The position numbers and the translations under genes were made by a program. The notes below the pieces were generated by a model that had not been told where the DNA came from, made no database searches, and worked only from the letters and a program-made list of their open reading frames with translations. Below, piece after piece: positions 44,784 to 55,583 of a stretch of 64,000 nucleotides of DNA. Positions within the stretch are counted from its first letter, which is position 1; every line of letters begins with the position of its first letter. This DNA comes from Peptococcia bacterium (GTDB lineage Bacteria; Bacillota; Peptococcia; DRI-13; DTU073), in the NCBI GenBank assembly GCA_050951605.1, contig JBMNJJ010000002.1, forward strand, positions 274,394 through 338,393. Direction: 5' to 3'.

Positions 44784-46484
44784 ATGTATCGAGAAATTTT
44801 GGTTCAGGTAGCTAAAAATGAAACAAAAGTGGCTGTTCTTGAAGAAGGGCAATTAACGGAAATATATGTAGAAAGAGGACAGGACCAGCGCTTAGTAGGT
44901 AATATTTATAAAGGTGTTGTAAAGAATGTATTGCCCGGAATGCAGGCAGCGTTTGTAGATATAGGTTTAGGAAAAAATGCATTTCTTTATGTAGAGGATG
45001 TTTTAGTTAATGTTTTTTGGCAGGGTGAAGAAATACAGCTAAATAATATGGAGGCAAGACAGCCTAATATTCGCGATTTAGTGAAAGAAGGGCAAGAAAT
45101 TGTTGTACAAATAGCAAAGGAGCCGGTAGGGACTAAAGGTGCACGTATCACGACTAAACTTACATTACCGGGCAGATATTTAGTGTTGATGCCTAAGGTA
45201 GATTATGTCGGAATTTCTCGACGGATTGAAGATGAAGTAGAACGGGAGAGGTTGAAAAAAATTGCAGAACAGTTAAAACCGGAAAAAGCAGGGCTTATTG
45301 TGCGCACGGTAGCTGAAAATGCCCCTAAAGAAGTTTTCTGTCAGGATATACAAAGCCTCCTCAAGATGTGGGAGAGAATTATGTTACGAGCGAAAAATAC
45401 TTCGGGACCGGCACTTTTGCATAAGGATTTGGAGCTTGTGCAAAGAGTTTTACGAGATGTTTTTAATGATGATATTCAAAAATTAAGTATTAACTCTCGA
45501 ACAGTAATGGAAAAGATAATAGACTATTTGGATGTTGTAGATGAAAGTTTAAAAAACAGAGTTTTTTTAAGTGACACAAGTAAGCTTTTTGAAAAATATG
45601 CTGTGGATCAGGAAATTATCCAGGCCTTAAAAAGAAAGGTCTGGTTAAAAAATGGTGGATATATTATTATTGACCAGACAGAAGCTTTGACAGCAATTGA
45701 TGTCAATACGGGTAAGTTTATTGGAGCTACGGATTTAGCGGACACTGTTTTACGAACTAATTGTGAAGCTGCTCGGGAAATTGCTCGACAGTTGAGGTTA
45801 AGAAATATTGGTGGTATTATTATTATTGATTTTATTGATATGAATACAGAGGAACATCGTCAAAAGGTTTTAACTGTTTTAGATGGGGAATTAAAAAAAG
45901 ATAAAGTTAAAACACATATTTTAGGAATTACTTCTTTGGGTTTTGTGGAAATGACCAGAAAAAAAGTAAGACAGTCTCTATCTAGTACTTTAGAAAAGAA
46001 TTGTCCTTATTGTGCAGGAAAAGGAATGATTCTGTCAGAGCAAACGGTGTACCTTATGTTAAAAGAAGAATTACGCAAAGTTGTTGCTCGGACTTCGGCG
46101 ACTCACATTGTCATTGAGGCTCATCCTTTAGTAGCGGCTTTAATTATTGGTGTGGGCGGAATCGAGCAGTATAAATTAGAAAACGAACTAGGCAAGACAA
46201 TTATTATTAAAGGAAAAGAACAGTATCATCTTACGGAATATTTAATTAGACCTGTTTATAATAGTGGTGATTTGTCTCAGAGGCAAATTCCTGTAGAAGA
46301 GGGTCAGATTATAAAAGGGGTTATCGCTGAAAAACATATACATTCCCTAGAAGATGGCATTGTACGTTTAGGTGGTTATGTAGTGCAAGTGGAAAATGGT
46401 GCAGCACAGTTAGGGGAAAATGTTTTTTTAGAGATACAAAAAGTTTTCCGTACTTATGCAAAGGCTAGAATATTATCGGAATGA
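44784..46484 (+). CDS. rng: Ribonuclease G/E family (Rng)
   Basis: S1 domain (GNIYKGVVKNVLPGMQAAFVDIG) and catalytic core (EALTAIDVNTG, IIIIDFIDM). The ATG at 44784 lies 8 nt after GAGGAG. Confidence 0.9.
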   Translation: MYREILVQVAKNETKVAVLEEGQLTEIYVERGQDQRLVGNIYKGVVKNVLPGMQAAFVDIGLGKNAFLYVEDVLVNVFWQGEEIQLNNMEARQPNIRDLVKEGQEIVVQIAKEPVGTKGARITTKLTLPGRYLVLMPKVDYVGISRRIEDEVERERLKKIAEQLKPEKAGLIVRTVAENAPKEVFCQDIQSLLKMWERIMLRAKNTSGPALLHKDLELVQRVLRDVFNDDIQKLSINSRTVMEKIIDYLDVVDESLKNRVFLSDTSKLFEKYAVDQEIIQALKRKVWLKNGGYIIIDQTEALTAIDVNTGKFIGATDLADTVLRTNCEAAREIARQLRLRNIGGIIIIDFIDMNTEEHRQKVLTVLDGELKKDKVKTHILGITSLGFVEMTRKKVRQSLSSTLEKNCPYCAGKGMILSEQTVYLMLKEELRKVVARTSATHIVIEAHPLVAALIIGVGGIEQYKLENELGKTIIIKGKEQYHLTEYLIRPVYNSGDLSQRQIPVEEGQIIKGVIAEKHIHSLEDGIVRLGGYVVQVENGAAQLGENVFLEIQKVFRTYAKARILSE

Positions 46485-46540
46485 AAGAATTCATTAATAA
46501 ATATGTTTTTACGGATGATTATTTTAAGGAGTTGATTTGA

Positions 46541-47929
46541 ATGCTAACAGTAGAAAAAATTGGTGGCACTTCCATGTCCCGGTTTCGTCATGTTTTAGAA
46601 AATATTATTCATCTTCCACATGAGAAAGAATTTAGATATGGAAGAGTATTTGTTGTTTCTGCTTATGGTGGAGTTACCAATTTGCTTTTAGAGGATAAAA
46701 AAACTAAGGCTCCAGGCATTTATGCTCAATTTATAGAACAACAAGATTATGAGAGTGGTATTAATGAGTTATTTGAAAAATTGCAGAAAATCAACGAACA
46801 ATTTGTGGATATTGGTTTAAATTTAGCAGAAGCTAATGCCTTTCTTACGGAAAGAATTGAGCTTACGAAATCTTATCTAAATAGTATGGATAAAGTTATT
46901 TCTTCGGGGTATGTAGATAAAAGGAACATTTTTTTAGCGGCGCGAGAGCTTTTGGCTTCTTTAGGAGAGGCGCATTCCGCCTATAATACGGTAAACATTT
47001 TACAAAACAATGGGATTAATGCTCAATTAGTAGATTTAACAGGTTTTCACGACCCTTCTAATTGTACAATTGACCAAAGAATCAGCAGTTCTTTTAGTTC
47101 TGTTGATTATACGAAAAATATTGTAGTAGCTACCGGGTATACTCGTGGTATTGAAGGAATTATGCGTGAGTTTGATCGAGGTTATTCGGAAATTACCTTT
47201 TCTAAAATTGCAGTATTGTTAAAAGCTGATGAAGCCATTATTCATAAGGAATTTCATTTGTCATCGGCAGATCCGCAAATAGTTGGACAGGAAAACATAA
47301 TTATTGTTGGTAATACAAATTATGATGTTGCTGATCAGTTGGCAGATGTAGGTATGGAGGCGATACATCCCAAGGCCTCAAAACCTTTAGAAAGGGCCGG
47401 GATTAATTTACGGATAAAAAACACGTTTGATCCTTTACATCCGGGGACTTTGATTACTAAAGATTATGTGGGGAAAGAGTCTAAAATTGAAATTATTACA
47501 GGGTCAGATAAAGTTGTCGTAATTGAAATTCATGATGCTTCTATGGTAGGACAGGTTGGTTTTGATTTTGAGATTATGAAAATTTTTAAGGAACATCATA
47601 TTAGTTATATTATGAAAGCTACTAATGCGAATAGTATTTCTCTAGTTATTTGGGAAAATGCGTTGTGTGAGGATTTAATATGGGATTTAGAAAAGGAATT
47701 TGAGACAGTAAGAGTAGAGTATGTGGCTGTTGTCTTTTTAATTGGGTCGAATATTGCAAAACCTGGTGTACTGGCAAAAGCAGCAACAGTACTTGCGGAA
47801 AAAGGGATAAACATTCATTGTATTTCGCAATCATTACGACAAGTTAACATTCAATTTGTTATTGAGCGAGATTTATATATGGAGGCGGTAACTTGTTTAA
47901 ATAGGGAATTGTGCTGTAATAACAGATAG
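46541..47929 (+). CDS. Aspartate kinase (monofunctional, with C-terminal ACT domains)
   Basis: VEKIGGTSM N-terminus, amino-acid-kinase fold, and C-terminal ACT-like segments (VAVVFLIGSNIAKPGVLAKAATVLAEKGINI). Confidence 0.75.
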   Translation: MLTVEKIGGTSMSRFRHVLENIIHLPHEKEFRYGRVFVVSAYGGVTNLLLEDKKTKAPGIYAQFIEQQDYESGINELFEKLQKINEQFVDIGLNLAEANAFLTERIELTKSYLNSMDKVISSGYVDKRNIFLAARELLASLGEAHSAYNTVNILQNNGINAQLVDLTGFHDPSNCTIDQRISSSFSSVDYTKNIVVATGYTRGIEGIMREFDRGYSEITFSKIAVLLKADEAIIHKEFHLSSADPQIVGQENIIIVGNTNYDVADQLADVGMEAIHPKASKPLERAGINLRIKNTFDPLHPGTLITKDYVGKESKIEIITGSDKVVVIEIHDASMVGQVGFDFEIMKIFKEHHISYIMKATNANSISLVIWENALCEDLIWDLEKEFETVRVEYVAVVFLIGSNIAKPGVLAKAATVLAEKGINIHCISQSLRQVNIQFVIERDLYMEAVTCLNRELCCNNR

Positions 47930-47956
47930 TACAGTGCTCAAGGGGCGTGGTGGTTC

Positions 47957-48110
47957 TTGACTTTTGCTTCAGAATATGGTATCCTTTTTCTGTTGTGGGC
48001 GTCGTGTGCCTACCAAACCGCTCAACTCGGGCATTTAAAAGTAAAAATTGATAAAGGTAATAATTACTGCCTGGAGATGGCGAGTCTAGGTTAGGGGAGG
48101 TGTAATTTAA
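47957..48110 (+). promoter_or_regulatory. Promoter (TTGACT-17-TGgTATCCT) plus a ~120-nt rplU 5' leader; candidate L21 ribosomal-protein leader
   Basis: The promoter hexamers were read directly. The long GC-richer leader (GTGGGCGTCGTGTGCCTACC...) sits in an otherwise AT-rich genome. The L21-leader identity rests on position only. Confidence 0.4.
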
Positions 48111-48428
48111 GTGTATGCGATTATAGAAACTGGCGGAAAACAGTATAAAGTTGAAGAAGGCGACGTATTTAATGTAGAAAAAGTTCCGATTAAGGAAGGC
48201 GAAACATTTGAAGCTACTCAAGTGTTAGCTGTTGTAGATGGAGAAAATGTTTCTTTAGGAACTCCTTTTGTGGAAGGTGCTAGCGTTACTTTAAAGGTTT
48301 TGGAACATGGTAAAGGTGATAAAATCGTTATTTTTAAGCATAAACCCAAGAAACATTACCGTAAAACGCGTGGGCATCGGCAACCGTATACTAAAGTTAC
48401 CGTGGAAACAATTATTGTCAATGGTTAA
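48111..48428 (+). CDS. rplU: 50S ribosomal protein L21
   Basis: MYAIIETGGKQYKVEEGD... 105 aa. GTG start after GGGGAGG. Confidence 0.95.
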   Translation: MYAIIETGGKQYKVEEGDVFNVEKVPIKEGETFEATQVLAVVDGENVSLGTPFVEGASVTLKVLEHGKGDKIVIFKHKPKKHYRKTRGHRQPYTKVTVETIIVNG

Positions 48429-48771
48429 GGTGGAAATTTATTATGAGGGTAAGCAAGTAAAAGGTTTTGTAGCCCGAGGTCATGCAGGGGCTGCTCCACC
48501 GGGAGAAGATTTGGTTTGTGCAAGTATCTCGGCACTTACCCAAACAGCTCTTTTAGGGTTGGATACTTTTTTGGAAGTTAAACCTCTATGGAAAATGGAG
48601 AATGATGGTTATTTAGAGTGTTGGTTACCGGAAAATTTATCAGCGGCGGAATTTAAAAAGGCTGAAATAATTATAGGTACATTAGAATTAGGGCTTATGT
48701 CGATTGCGGAAAGTTATGGACAGTATCTTCAAGTTAGGAAGAGGAGGTGGACAACATGCTGTTCAAAATGA
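48421..48771 (+). CDS. prp: Ribosomal-processing cysteine protease Prp
   Basis: Conserved GHAG...[10 protein letters not shown] catalytic His/Cys contexts. The ATG at 48421 overlaps the rplU end. It sits between rplU and rpmA. Confidence 0.88.
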   Translation: MVKVEIYYEGKQVKGFVARGHAGAAPPGEDLVCASISALTQTALLGLDTFLEVKPLWKMENDGYLECWLPENLSAAEFKKAEIIIGTLELGLMSIAESYGQYLQVRKRRWTTCCSK

Positions 48772-49046
48772 ATTTACAATTATTTGCTCAGAAAAAAGGG
48801 GTAGGTAGTTCTCGGAATGGACGGGACAGTCAAGCAAAACGTCTTGGCTTAAAACGTTCTGATGGTCAATTAGTGAGTGCGGGAAGTATATTGGTAAGAC
48901 AAAGAGGAACAAAAATTCATCCGGGTAATAATGTTGGTTTGGGAAAAGATGATACCTTGTTTGCCCTTACTGATGGTTATGTAAAATTTGAAAGAAAAAG
49001 TAAAGATAAAAAACAAGTTAGTGTTTATTCCACAGCAGTTATGTAA
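48756..49046 (+). CDS. rpmA: 50S ribosomal protein L27 with Prp-cleavable N-terminal extension
   Basis: [11 protein letters not shown]|[14 protein letters not shown]. The ATG at 48756 lies 8 nt after AGGAGG. Confidence 0.93.
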   Translation: MLFKMNLQLFAQKKGVGSSRNGRDSQAKRLGLKRSDGQLVSAGSILVRQRGTKIHPGNNVGLGKDDTLFALTDGYVKFERKSKDKKQVSVYSTAVM

Positions 49047-49056
49047 AAGATGTTAA

Positions 49057-49090
49057 AGTCCCGGGCAAAGATTCCGGGGCTTTTCTTTTC
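49057..49090 (+). terminator. Hairpin plus T-tract after rpmA
   Basis: AGTCCCGG-GCAAAGATT-CCGGGGCT followed by TTTCTTTTC. Confidence 0.6.
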
Positions 49091-49148
49091 TATCTTTTGT
49101 GTGAATTTTTGCTAATATCTTTGTTTTAATTTAAGGAGGGTGAGGAAT

Positions 49149-49676
49149 TTGGAGAGAGATTTAATAAATAAAATGTTGACAGTACATAGAATTCAACGAC
49201 ATGACTTTATGAATCATTTACAAGTGATTTATGGCTATTTACAATTAGGGAATCTTGAGAAAGCTAAAATATATTTATTAAAAGCAGTAGAAAGCGTGCA
49301 AAGTTATGGGCAACTTGGTAAAATTCCTCTTCCTTTTTTACAAAGTTTTTTACTTTGGGTAATGATCCAATTTGAGAATCCTTATGATGTTTTTGAATTT
49401 AGTTTACACGGTGACTGGCAAAAATGGCGGGATGTTGATTTGGAATTAACAAAATTCTTGATGGAATTATTGTCATCTGCTCAAGAGAGGTTGAGTGATA
49501 ATCGCTTAAAGTGTAGATTAGGATTTTTAGTTAATTCTTCAGATTTTAGCCTGGTTTTTACAGGGCAAGAAGAGAACCTTAATTTCTTACTTGGGCAAAA
49601 GATTACTTCCAATTCTCTAGTTGTAGATTATGAAAAAGTAAGTTTGGAAAAACTAGTTGTGATAATTAAGGGATAA
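49149..49676 (+). CDS. spo0B: Spo0B-like sporulation phosphorelay phosphotransferase
   Basis: The helical hairpin with the phospho-acceptor His context QRHDFMNHLQVIYGYLQLGNLEKA resembles B. subtilis Spo0B (ERHDWMNKLQ, as recalled). It occupies the syntenic position between rpmA and obg. No ATP-binding motifs. Probable TTG start at 49149. Confidence 0.65.
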   Translation: MERDLINKMLTVHRIQRHDFMNHLQVIYGYLQLGNLEKAKIYLLKAVESVQSYGQLGKIPLPFLQSFLLWVMIQFENPYDVFEFSLHGDWQKWRDVDLELTKFLMELLSSAQERLSDNRLKCRLGFLVNSSDFSLVFTGQEENLNFLLGQKITSNSLVVDYEKVSLEKLVVIIKG

Positions 49677-49706
49677 AAACAATTTGAGTGAGGTTTGGTG
49701 AGTTAA

Positions 49707-50981
<1,275 letters not shown>

Positions 50982-51087
50982 TGGAAAAAGGTACCTGTTA
51001 ATTGAGTTATTGGGTCATGCTATAATAATGCCGTATGTAGTCTAAGCAACATACGGCATTATTATATAGAGTGGGGGTTGAAGGGTT

Positions 51088-52026
51088 ATGGACCCTGTTA
51101 CACATGGCTTAGTAGGAATGGCTTTAGGAATAAAAGGGGGAGGTTCCCTTTCCCTTACTAACGGGTTAATGGTAGCTTCAGTAGTAGGAAGTCTTTTGCC
51201 AGATTTAGATATTGTTTTTCAATTATGGGGTGATTATACTTATTTAAAGCAACATCGTGGCATTTCTCATTCTTTACCTAGTGCAGTAGTGATGTCTAGT
51301 ATAGGAGCCTTGTTCTTAAGCCTTTTTTATACAGGATATAATTTTTTTGTTCTTTTACCTTGGGTTTTGTTAGGTTTTTTATCACATTTATTTCTAGATT
51401 TATCAAATTCTTATGGGGTAAAAATTTTTTGGCCTTTGAGGGCTAAAAAATATACGTTTAATTTACTACCTCTTTTTGATCCAGTACTAGTTTTGTTTAG
51501 TTTATTTAGTTTATGGTGTAATAGTCAAGGGGTTAATGACTACTTGCTCCTGTTGATGTGTGTTTTGTATTTTCTGCTCCGCTGGAGTTTGTGTTTGTGG
51601 GCTAAACATATTATTAAGAATAGATTTTTTAAGGGGAAAACTCCGTTGAAAGTAAGTGTATTACCTTCTAGTATTAATTTATTATCTTGGGATTTTATTA
51701 TTGAGTACCCTAAGAAGAATCTTGTCGGAAGTCTTAATCTTGGCAAAGGTAGTTACAAAATATTTCAACGACTTTATCGTGAAAGTGAAGAAGTAATAAA
51801 TATTTTAAGTGAGACTGTGCTGGGGCAAGTTTTTCGTGAATTTACACCTTTTTTTCATATGAATTTTGAAAAAAGAGGAGATAAGCTTATTTGTCATTTT
51901 ATGGACTTGAGATATCGTGTGCAAGATAGATTCTTGCATAACGGAACCTTAGTTTTAAATCAAAAAGGTGAAGTGGAAGAAGCGATATTTCAGCCGTATA
52001 GTCTGTCCCACTGTATCTATTTATAG
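51088..52026 (+). CDS. Membrane-bound metal-dependent hydrolase family protein (YdjM/DUF457-like)
   Basis: MDPVTHGLVG N-terminus, HRGISHS motif, and multiple TM helices. Confidence 0.7.
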   Translation: MDPVTHGLVGMALGIKGGGSLSLTNGLMVASVVGSLLPDLDIVFQLWGDYTYLKQHRGISHSLPSAVVMSSIGALFLSLFYTGYNFFVLLPWVLLGFLSHLFLDLSNSYGVKIFWPLRAKKYTFNLLPLFDPVLVLFSLFSLWCNSQGVNDYLLLLMCVLYFLLRWSLCLWAKHIIKNRFFKGKTPLKVSVLPSSINLLSWDFIIEYPKKNLVGSLNLGKGSYKIFQRLYRESEEVINILSETVLGQVFREFTPFFHMNFEKRGDKLICHFMDLRYRVQDRFLHNGTLVLNQKGEVEEAIFQPYSLSHCIYL

Positions 52027-52131
52027 ACCTTTATTTTTAATTTCGAGTTTTAAACTTCAAGAATGGTTGAAAAAGTAGTTTCCCGGTTAGACTGTTTTTA
52101 AAGGATTGGTTTAAGCGGGGGAGTATTTTTT

Positions 52132-53067
52132 ATGAAGTACCAACAAGGGATAAGTTATAGAATAAAACAGAAAATAAAAAGAAAATGGCAAAAAGCTCAA
52201 AACAATCGATTATTAATGGATTATTATCGTCGTCAGAATTTAGTAGAAGCAAGAGCCCCACGTTTTTTTCGTGATATTTTTATTTATTTTACGATATCAT
52301 TACTTTTTTTTTGGTTTGCACCAACGTTGAAGATAGTTTTGGGAGGAATGATTGTTGTTTTTGTTGTGATGATTTTCTGGCGCTATTCTAGACAACAAAG
52401 AGAATCTTTATGGCTAAAAAAAGCTTGTTTTCAAAAAGTAGCTAACAGAGAATATCTAAGGCGTTTAGAAAAAATATCTCCTGAGGTTCTTCTGAAAATA
52501 TTACAAGAAGAGATCTGTAAAAAGTTTAAGGTAAAAAGTTTAGAAATAAGGGACGGTTTTTTGGAAGGAAGCTTATGGGGTAAAAAATTAGCAGTTGTGT
52601 ATCTTGATGTACATGGGGAGGAATTTGTTACTACACGGAAAGCTTTATCGGTAGCTAGACAATGTTTACAACAAGGTATTTCTCAATTATTAATTTTTAC
52701 CAATGGAGAATTTGATTCTGCTTTAAGAGATGAAGAGTACTTTGTTTCTTTACTACCTTTTGCAGTTAATATAAGGCTGTATAATGGAGAAAAGTTACAA
52801 CAGTTATTGAAACACACACTCCTTTTTCCGTCTGTTTCAGAGATAAAAGAGATCATTGATTGTGAAAAGTTACAGCGCCAAAAAAAACTGTTTATAATCA
52901 AAAAAGAGGTCTTGAAGAAAAAGAGGATTACCGGTTATCTTTTATATAGCTGTGTACTTTTTTTTATGGCGTGGTTGCGTTTAGGTGCTGTTTATTTAAA
53001 TGTATTTGTGGGGTTAATTTTGTTAGGATTTGCTTTAATAGCTACGTTAAAAAGTTTTCAGATTTAG
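52132..53067 (+). CDS. Membrane protein with a central restriction-endonuclease-like (Mrr_cat-like, apparently degenerate) domain
   Basis: TM helices at both ends. The central segment (EVLLKILQEEICKKF...DGFLEGSLWGKKLAVVYLD...LLIFTNGEFDSA) follows the Mrr_cat pattern, but the QxK catalytic context is not evident. Confidence 0.35.
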   Translation: MKYQQGISYRIKQKIKRKWQKAQNNRLLMDYYRRQNLVEARAPRFFRDIFIYFTISLLFFWFAPTLKIVLGGMIVVFVVMIFWRYSRQQRESLWLKKACFQKVANREYLRRLEKISPEVLLKILQEEICKKFKVKSLEIRDGFLEGSLWGKKLAVVYLDVHGEEFVTTRKALSVARQCLQQGISQLLIFTNGEFDSALRDEEYFVSLLPFAVNIRLYNGEKLQQLLKHTLLFPSVSEIKEIIDCEKLQRQKKLFIIKKEVLKKKRITGYLLYSCVLFFMAWLRLGAVYLNVFVGLILLGFALIATLKSFQI

Positions 53068-53075
53068 AAAAAAAA

Positions 53076-53109
53076 GGGCAATTTCAAAACTAAAATTTTG
53101 AGATTGCCC
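53076..53109. terminator. Bidirectional terminator hairpin between convergent genes
   Basis: GGGCAATTTCAAAA...TTTTGAGATTGCCC, flanked by an A-run and a T-run. Confidence 0.7.
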
Positions 53110-53134
53110 TTTTTAAAAAATTGTTTTTCTTTAT

Positions 53135-53407
53135 TTAAATTTCAGTTGTGTTCATTTTTTCCTGTTGATTTTCTTGCTGAATTCCCTGTTGAATGGCATT
53201 ATCAAAAACTTTATATTGGGGTTCTTGCTGCTCAATATAATCACATCTAGCTTTAACACCTTGGCAAATAGAATCAAGTTGTTGTGAATACTCCGCAAAC
53301 ATTTTCTTAGCAGTTTTATCTTCAGTTTCTAAAGCAAAAGTTTTTAAATTAGCACAGGCAGATTCTAGAGAAGCTAGAGTCTGATGCATTTGGGTTCCTA
53401 CTGTCAT
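53135..53407 (-). CDS. DUF1657-family protein (spore-associated family)
   Basis: 90 aa. The pattern TVGTQMHQTLASLESACANLKTFALETEDKTAKKMF is typical of DUF1657. RBS AAGGAGG. Confidence 0.7.
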   Translation of the reverse strand: MTVGTQMHQTLASLESACANLKTFALETEDKTAKKMFAEYSQQLDSICQGVKARCDYIEQQEPQYKVFDNAIQQGIQQENQQEKMNTTEI

Positions 53408-53488
53408 TTTGCACCTCCTTGTTTTTTAAAAATATATGCTGGATAGTATTTATCCATAGTTTATTGTGTGTAAGAAGAAAGATATTAT

Positions 53489-53770
53489 TCACATTTTATT
53501 AATTCCGAAAAAAATTAAAACAACTCCACATAAAATAATCAGCATTTTTTCTAAAGAGACACTACCGGCAATTCCTATTAAACCTAGTGATGTTACGATA
53601 ATCATCATCATAGGACCAATTAAAGCGAGGAGAGCATTTATTTTTAAAGCAGTTTCAACATTATGAAAATAAATCATCATTATTCCTGCTGATATTTCAA
53701 TAAAACCAGAGAAAAGTCTTATTAGTCCCATGCATAAAGCGATAGACCAAATCTTAGGCACAATTTTCAC
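53489..53770 (-). CDS. Small membrane protein, YqhV/DUF2619-like
   Basis: About 90 aa with three TM helices (LIRLFSGFIEISAGIMMIY...). The alternative GTG start at 53761 has better RBS spacing. Confidence 0.5.
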   Translation of the reverse strand: MKIVPKIWSIALCMGLIRLFSGFIEISAGIMMIYFHNVETALKINALLALIGPMMMIIVTSLGLIGIAGSVSLEKMLIILCGVVLIFFGINKM

Positions 53771-53864
53771 CCCCAGAATAAAAATTTATGCCTAAGAATA
53801 GGTTTTAGGACTACGATTTTCTGCATAGATTTTTATTAGATGCTTGCCACAGGAGGTATTGGTG

Positions 53865-54317
53865 ATGTGGGGGGAAACGACACTAATTGTTTTAATTATT
53901 ATAGGAATAATCGGTAAAGCTCCGCTTATAGCTACCTCGGCATGTATTTTAATGGTAATAAAATTATCTAATTTGACACATTATTACCCTTTAATTGAAC
54001 GACGCGGACTAGAATTAGGGTTACTTTTTTTGATGCTTTCTGTTTTAACACCTTTGGCTAAGGGTAAGTTTTCTTTAGATGAATTAAAAGGAGGACTTTT
54101 TTCTTGGGCAGGGTTTTTTGCTTTTTTAGGAGGTATTTTAGCTACTCATTTGAATGATGAGGGGTTAGATTTATTAAAAAATTATCCTGAATTACTACTT
54201 GGTTTAATTATTGGGTCAATTATTGGTATTGCTTTTTTTGGTGGCATTCCTGTGGGACCTTTGATGGCAGCTGGTTTGGCTGCTTTTTTTTTAAAAATAT
54301 TAAATTTTTTTCGATAA
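53865..54317 (+). CDS. DUF441 (UPF0756) family membrane protein
   Basis: About 150 aa with four TM helices. The ATG at 53865 lies 8 nt after AGGAGG; the listed ORF opens at TTG 53844. Confidence 0.6.
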   Translation: MWGETTLIVLIIIGIIGKAPLIATSACILMVIKLSNLTHYYPLIERRGLELGLLFLMLSVLTPLAKGKFSLDELKGGLFSWAGFFAFLGGILATHLNDEGLDLLKNYPELLLGLIIGSIIGIAFFGGIPVGPLMAAGLAAFFLKILNFFR

Positions 54318-54380
54318 ATAAATACTTCTTAGGAGATACTATTGATATTGAATTAGAGCAATAGAGGAGAGGGTTAATTC

Positions 54381-55583
54381 TTGTCCGATCAAAAGATTAT
54401 GCCGATCTTAGTTTTATGTGGAGTTCCTTTGATTATGGTTCTTGGTAATTCCATGTTAATTCCTATTTTGCCCCAAATGAAACAAGCTCTTGCTCTTTCG
54501 CAGTTTAAAGTAAGTTTGGCGATTACACTTTTTTCTATTCCCGCGGGAGTAGTGATCCCTTTTTTTGGTTTTTTGTCTGACCGGATGAGACGTAAACCCA
54601 TTATTATTACTTCTTTGTTGATTTATGCTTCCGGAGGGGTACTCGCAGGTCTTGCTGCTATTTTTGGGCAAAAATCCGCCTATCTTTTGATTATGGTAGG
54701 GAGAATTATTCAGGGCATTGGTGCAGCAGGGACAGCTCCTTTAGCGATGGCTCTTGCCGGTGACCTTTATAGGGATAAAGCCAGAAGTAAAGTATTAGGT
54801 TTTTTAGAAGCTGCTAATGGTTTAGGGAAAGTAATTAGCCCGATTTTGGGCTCATTAATAGGACTCTTGGCATGGTGGGCAGTTTTCTTTCTTTTCCCCG
54901 TGCTTTGTATTCCTATTGCTATTGGTTTAGGGCTAGGAGTAAAAGAACCTGCACTTAAAAAAGAAGCGCCATCTTTTGTTCAATATACGAGGGCTTTAAA
55001 AAAAGTTTTTCAACAAAAAGGGCTTTCTTTTCTTTCTGCTTTTTTAGCTGGAGCTACAGTATTGTTTGTTTTATTTGGTTTGCTTTTTTATCTCTCTGAT
55101 CATTTGGAAGTCAAACATGGTTTGGAAGGAGTTGTTAAAGGTTTAATTATTGCTATTCCTGTTTTAGCGATGGCTTTAACTTCATCTGTTGTTGGTGTTT
55201 TCGCTACTCAAAGGACAAGCTTTTATAAAATATTAATTGTGGGTGGTTTAAGTTTAGTAGCTTTATCCACAGCTCTTATTTCGTTTTTTTATCATAATAC
55301 ATATATATTGATAGGATTATTAGTTATTGCCGGGGTGGGTACGGGGATGGCTTTAACTAGCTTGAACACAATTATTACCAGTTCGTGTAGGAGGGAGGAA
55401 CGAGGGATGATTACATCTTTATATGGTAGTGTACGTTTTTTTGGCGTTGCCGGTGGGCCCCCTTTTTTTGGTTTTTTAATGGAAAAAAATATTTTTTGGA
55501 CTTTTATGTTACCGGCATTGTGGGCGCTACTAGTAGGAATTATTAATTTGTTTTTTTTACATAAAAATATAACTCAAACTTAA
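54381..55583 (+). CDS. MFS transporter
   Basis: 400 aa, about 12 TM helices. The loop 2-3 motif GFLSDRMRRKP is typical of the major facilitator superfamily. TTG start after GAGGAGAGGG. Confidence 0.85.
   Translation: MSDQKIMPILVLCGVPLIMVLGNSMLIPILPQMKQALALSQFKVSLAITLFSIPAGVVIPFFGFLSDRMRRKPIIITSLLIYASGGVLAGLAAIFGQKSAYLLIMVGRIIQGIGAAGTAPLAMALAGDLYRDKARSKVLGFLEAANGLGKVISPILGSLIGLLAWWAVFFLFPVLCIPIAIGLGLGVKEPALKKEAPSFVQYTRALKKVFQQKGLSFLSAFLAGATVLFVLFGLLFYLSDHLEVKHGLEGVVKGLIIAIPVLAMALTSSVVGVFATQRTSFYKILIVGGLSLVALSTALISFFYHNTYILIGLLVIAGVGTGMALTSLNTIITSSCRREERGMITSLYGSVRFFGVAGGPPFFGFLMEKNIFWTFMLPALWALLVGIINLFFLHKNITQT

Noticed and set aside
46541-47929. Aspartate kinase lying between rng and rplU, considered as evidence of an insertion.
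   Set aside because: Composition and RBS usage look native, it has no flanking repeats, and it is followed by a normal rplU promoter and leader. It reads as ordinary gene-order variation.
48307-48420. Long N-terminal extension of the Prp ORF, overlapping rplU by more than 110 nt.
   Set aside because: The conserved Prp sequence starts at [10 protein letters not shown] (ATG 48421). The upstream part is out-of-frame read-through of rplU coding sequence.
51022-51065. 17-bp perfect hairpin (ATAATAATGCCGTATGT...ACATACGGCATTATTAT) after obg, considered as a terminator.
   Set aside because: No U-tract follows on either strand, and a TATAAT-like hexamer overlaps its left arm. It may be a 5'-UTR structure of the downstream gene or an RNase site, but its function cannot be supported.
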